Below, piece after piece: positions 26,428-28,116 of a stretch of 28,116 nt of DNA. The notes beneath the pieces are model-generated. The model worked only from the letters and a program-made list of their open reading frames with translations, had not been told where the DNA came from and did not search any database. The stretch covers positions 140,507-168,622 of the IMG/VR virus record IMGVR_UViG_3300029906_000002. One strand, 5' to 3'. Position numbers and translations under genes: made by a program. The stretch is from a virus. Within the stretch, counting starts at the first letter, position 1; each line of letters begins with the position of its first letter.

Positions 26428-27229
26428 TATAGTAAATAAAGATTTTCTGGTACAGCTTATAAAGCAGGATTCAGGCAATTATGTGTTCAAGTTTGAAGAA
26501 GCTCACCATCCAATAAGCGTAAAACCAGATACATATATATCACAAGAGTATGGACCTCTTTTCATGGATTCTCCGAAATATGGCGATATACGCGATTTTG
26601 CATTGAATGTATTCGCTCATCCCGGACTGAAGGTCACGGCAACCATAATCAATGGATATGTTCTTTACGGCTCGTATAATTACGGGAACATGAAACTGAA
26701 CATTCCAGTGTTTGAAGTACGCACATATACAACGGGCAGTACATTGTTTTGCGATTCCATGACAAACAAGCTCTTTAATGGACATGAGGACATAGCCGTT
26801 ACCATGAACAACGATATCAAGATAAAAGAGAGGATGTACGCCGTAAATTATCTATATACGAATACGGTTTACAATATCTATGAATCGGCTATCTTATTCC
26901 TTATGATACGACTTGATAAGGAAGGTCTTGGGGATCCGCTCGTGGAGTGCAGAAAGATTTACAACAACTACGAAGAAGCAACTGAAAGAGCTGATTCATT
27001 TGGATGTTCAAGGTATTTCTATTACATGGCCTGCAAGCTGCTATATCTCTATCGGCACGGCAGCGAAGAGGATTTTGTCTATGAGCTTCCTTGCTATCCG
27101 TCTTTAGTCTTTGTGACTAACATAAGAATGCCCATGGGAGATATAAGGTTAAAAATGGAAGAGCTAAACAGCGTATTTCCGCATTTTATCGAAGAAATGC
27201 TACTTTTGCACAAAAGAAAAAACGATTGA
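26420..27229 (+). CDS. Hypothetical protein
   Basis: 269 aa ORF; GTG start overlaps the previous stop. Confidence 0.75.
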   Translation: MNDIVNKDFLVQLIKQDSGNYVFKFEEAHHPISVKPDTYISQEYGPLFMDSPKYGDIRDFALNVFAHPGLKVTATIINGYVLYGSYNYGNMKLNIPVFEVRTYTTGSTLFCDSMTNKLFNGHEDIAVTMNNDIKIKERMYAVNYLYTNTVYNIYESAILFLMIRLDKEGLGDPLVECRKIYNNYEEATERADSFGCSRYFYYMACKLLYLYRHGSEEDFVYELPCYPSLVFVTNIRMPMGDIRLKMEELNSVFPHFIEEMLLLHKRKND

Positions 27230-27232
27230 TTT

Positions 27233-27685
27233 ATGGTTTTTAGAAAGAACAATAGCGGAATGATAAACCGCAAAGGAGGAAACGGCTTCTATCGCAAACG
27301 TCGTGGCGAAAAACGTGAAACAAAAGGCGAAGACAAGAAAGATTCCAAATACAAGGACAATACGCCTGAGTTTGTCGAAAGAATAGAGAAGCACGTGAAA
27401 GAAGCAGCCAAAATTGTTGACACCAAAGAAAAGTATGTCAACAAGTATTTGGAGACGATGAAGAAGCCCAACGAGAGTACTATCAAAGGTGAGGCAAGGG
27501 TAGGATTTCTGGTTCAATCTTGCACCGATGATTACACTGGCGTTACTATCGGAAAAGGACAATGCGTGCTTTTTTGGATGACGGATACTTTCAAGTGTAA
27601 GGTTGTTGCCGGTGACGGTCGCACCATCTTTACGGATGGTATAAACATAAGACGTGTATCGTTACCATTTAAGCCACTTAAATAA
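27233..27685 (+). CDS. Hypothetical protein with very basic N-terminus
   Basis: 150 aa, K/R-rich first 40 aa and a small beta-rich C-terminal domain. Confidence 0.75.
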   Translation: MVFRKNNSGMINRKGGNGFYRKRRGEKRETKGEDKKDSKYKDNTPEFVERIEKHVKEAAKIVDTKEKYVNKYLETMKKPNESTIKGEARVGFLVQSCTDDYTGVTIGKGQCVLFWMTDTFKCKVVAGDGRTIFTDGINIRRVSLPFKPLK

Positions 27686-27694
27686 GATTTAACA

Positions 27695-28116
27695 ATGGCT
27701 TTTCGTAAAACAAGATACGATTCCAAACGAGTTGCTCCATGTATCAAGTACTCCATGTGGCATTGCTACCGTTACCGTGGCGAGGCGGGAGAGTGTATAG
27801 GATGCAAGCTGGTGAACAAAAGGAACTGGACAAAGAAGGTTATTGTGAAAGATGGGGTAAAGATGGCAAGCTGCTCCACATGCGGCAGGATGTTCCCCAT
27901 CTCGGAATACCAGATGTGTACAAAGATCCGATACGACAAGGATGGGAATTCGTACAGGTTGCATTCCATTGTGTACCGTTGTCGGGAATGCACACGGAAA
28001 GCTGTTATGAAAAGTCAAGAAAAGAAAAAGTTAAATGGATACGTTGACATTGCTCGCATCTATAATATCGGCAGCATCGGTTCTGACGTCGATTTTGGTA
28101 GCGTTTGTTTTTGTCA
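27695..28116 (+). CDS. Cys-rich zinc-finger protein (3' partial; not in ORF track)
   Basis: Hand translation from ATG 27695: MAFRKTRYDSKRVAPCIKYSMWHC...CIGC...CSTC...CREC..., open to the window end. Confidence 0.7.
   Translation, partial: MAFRKTRYDSKRVAPCIKYSMWHCYRYRGEAGECIGCKLVNKRNWTKKVIVKDGVKMASCSTCGRMFPISEYQMCTKIRYDKDGNSYRLHSIVYRCRECTRKAVMKSQEKKKLNGYVDIARIYNIGSIGSDVDFGSVCFC
28035..28116 (+). CDS. Possible membrane protein start (partial)
   Basis: MDTLTLLASIISAASVLTSILVAFVFV is an uninterrupted hydrophobic N-terminus. Confidence 0.4.
   Translation, partial: MDTLTLLASIISAASVLTSILVAFVFV

Larger units (their letters stand above)
1..28116 (+). mobile_element. Bacteriophage genome segment (crAss-like / Bacteroidetes phage replication region)
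   Basis: Dense single-strand gene packing with overlapping starts and stops. Phage-type replication order (SF2 helicase, DnaB, AAA, SSB, primase, PD-(D/E)XK). Spanin-like pair, DUF4494-like gene, and AT-rich leaders lacking Shine-Dalgarno sequences, as in Bacteroidetes. No housekeeping operons. Confidence 0.85.

Noticed and set aside
236-28018. Numerous minus-strand ORFs, up to 304 aa (e.g. 18077-18991, 9676-10326)
   Set aside because: All lie antisense to well-supported plus-strand genes, have atypical composition and show no motifs; treated as shadow ORFs.
27739-28047. 102 aa ORF in the track
   Set aside because: The alternative frame from 27695 has ordered CxxC motifs and better spacing.
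1-28116. Stop-codon reassignment (TAG or TGA), known in some crAss-like phages. Several neighbours are in frame across a stop (6595/6596, 9594/9598, 10704/10705, 22634/22635).
   Set aside because: Recognisable enzymes are full length under code 11, all three stops end genes, and each downstream gene has its own start and a distinct function.

Overview
A 28 kb segment of a Bacteroidetes-infecting dsDNA phage, most consistent with a crAss-like phage (Crassvirales). This is inferred from gene content and order; no search was run. About 35 tightly packed genes all lie on the + strand and use the standard genetic code. The left part holds hypothetical genes, a ferritin, a protein with a G9 tract, a secreted protein and a spanin-like overlapping pair. 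The middle is a replication/recombination module: SF2 helicase, putative loader, DnaB-like helicase, Sak4-like AAA ATPase, SSB-like protein, DnaG-like primase, PD-(D/E)XK exonuclease and Dda/RecD-like SF1 helicase. The most notable feature is a four-gene cassette at 18233-21901 that reads as a phage-encoded ubiquitin-like conjugation system: a putative beta-grasp modifier, an E2-like protein, a JAB/JAMM peptidase and a ThiF/E1 enzyme. A strong terminator separates the modifier gene from the enzyme genes. Downstream are a resolvase-like nuclease, a family A DNA polymerase with strongly altered dNTP-binding motifs, and small accessory genes. No tRNA, rRNA, CRISPR array or transposase was seen.
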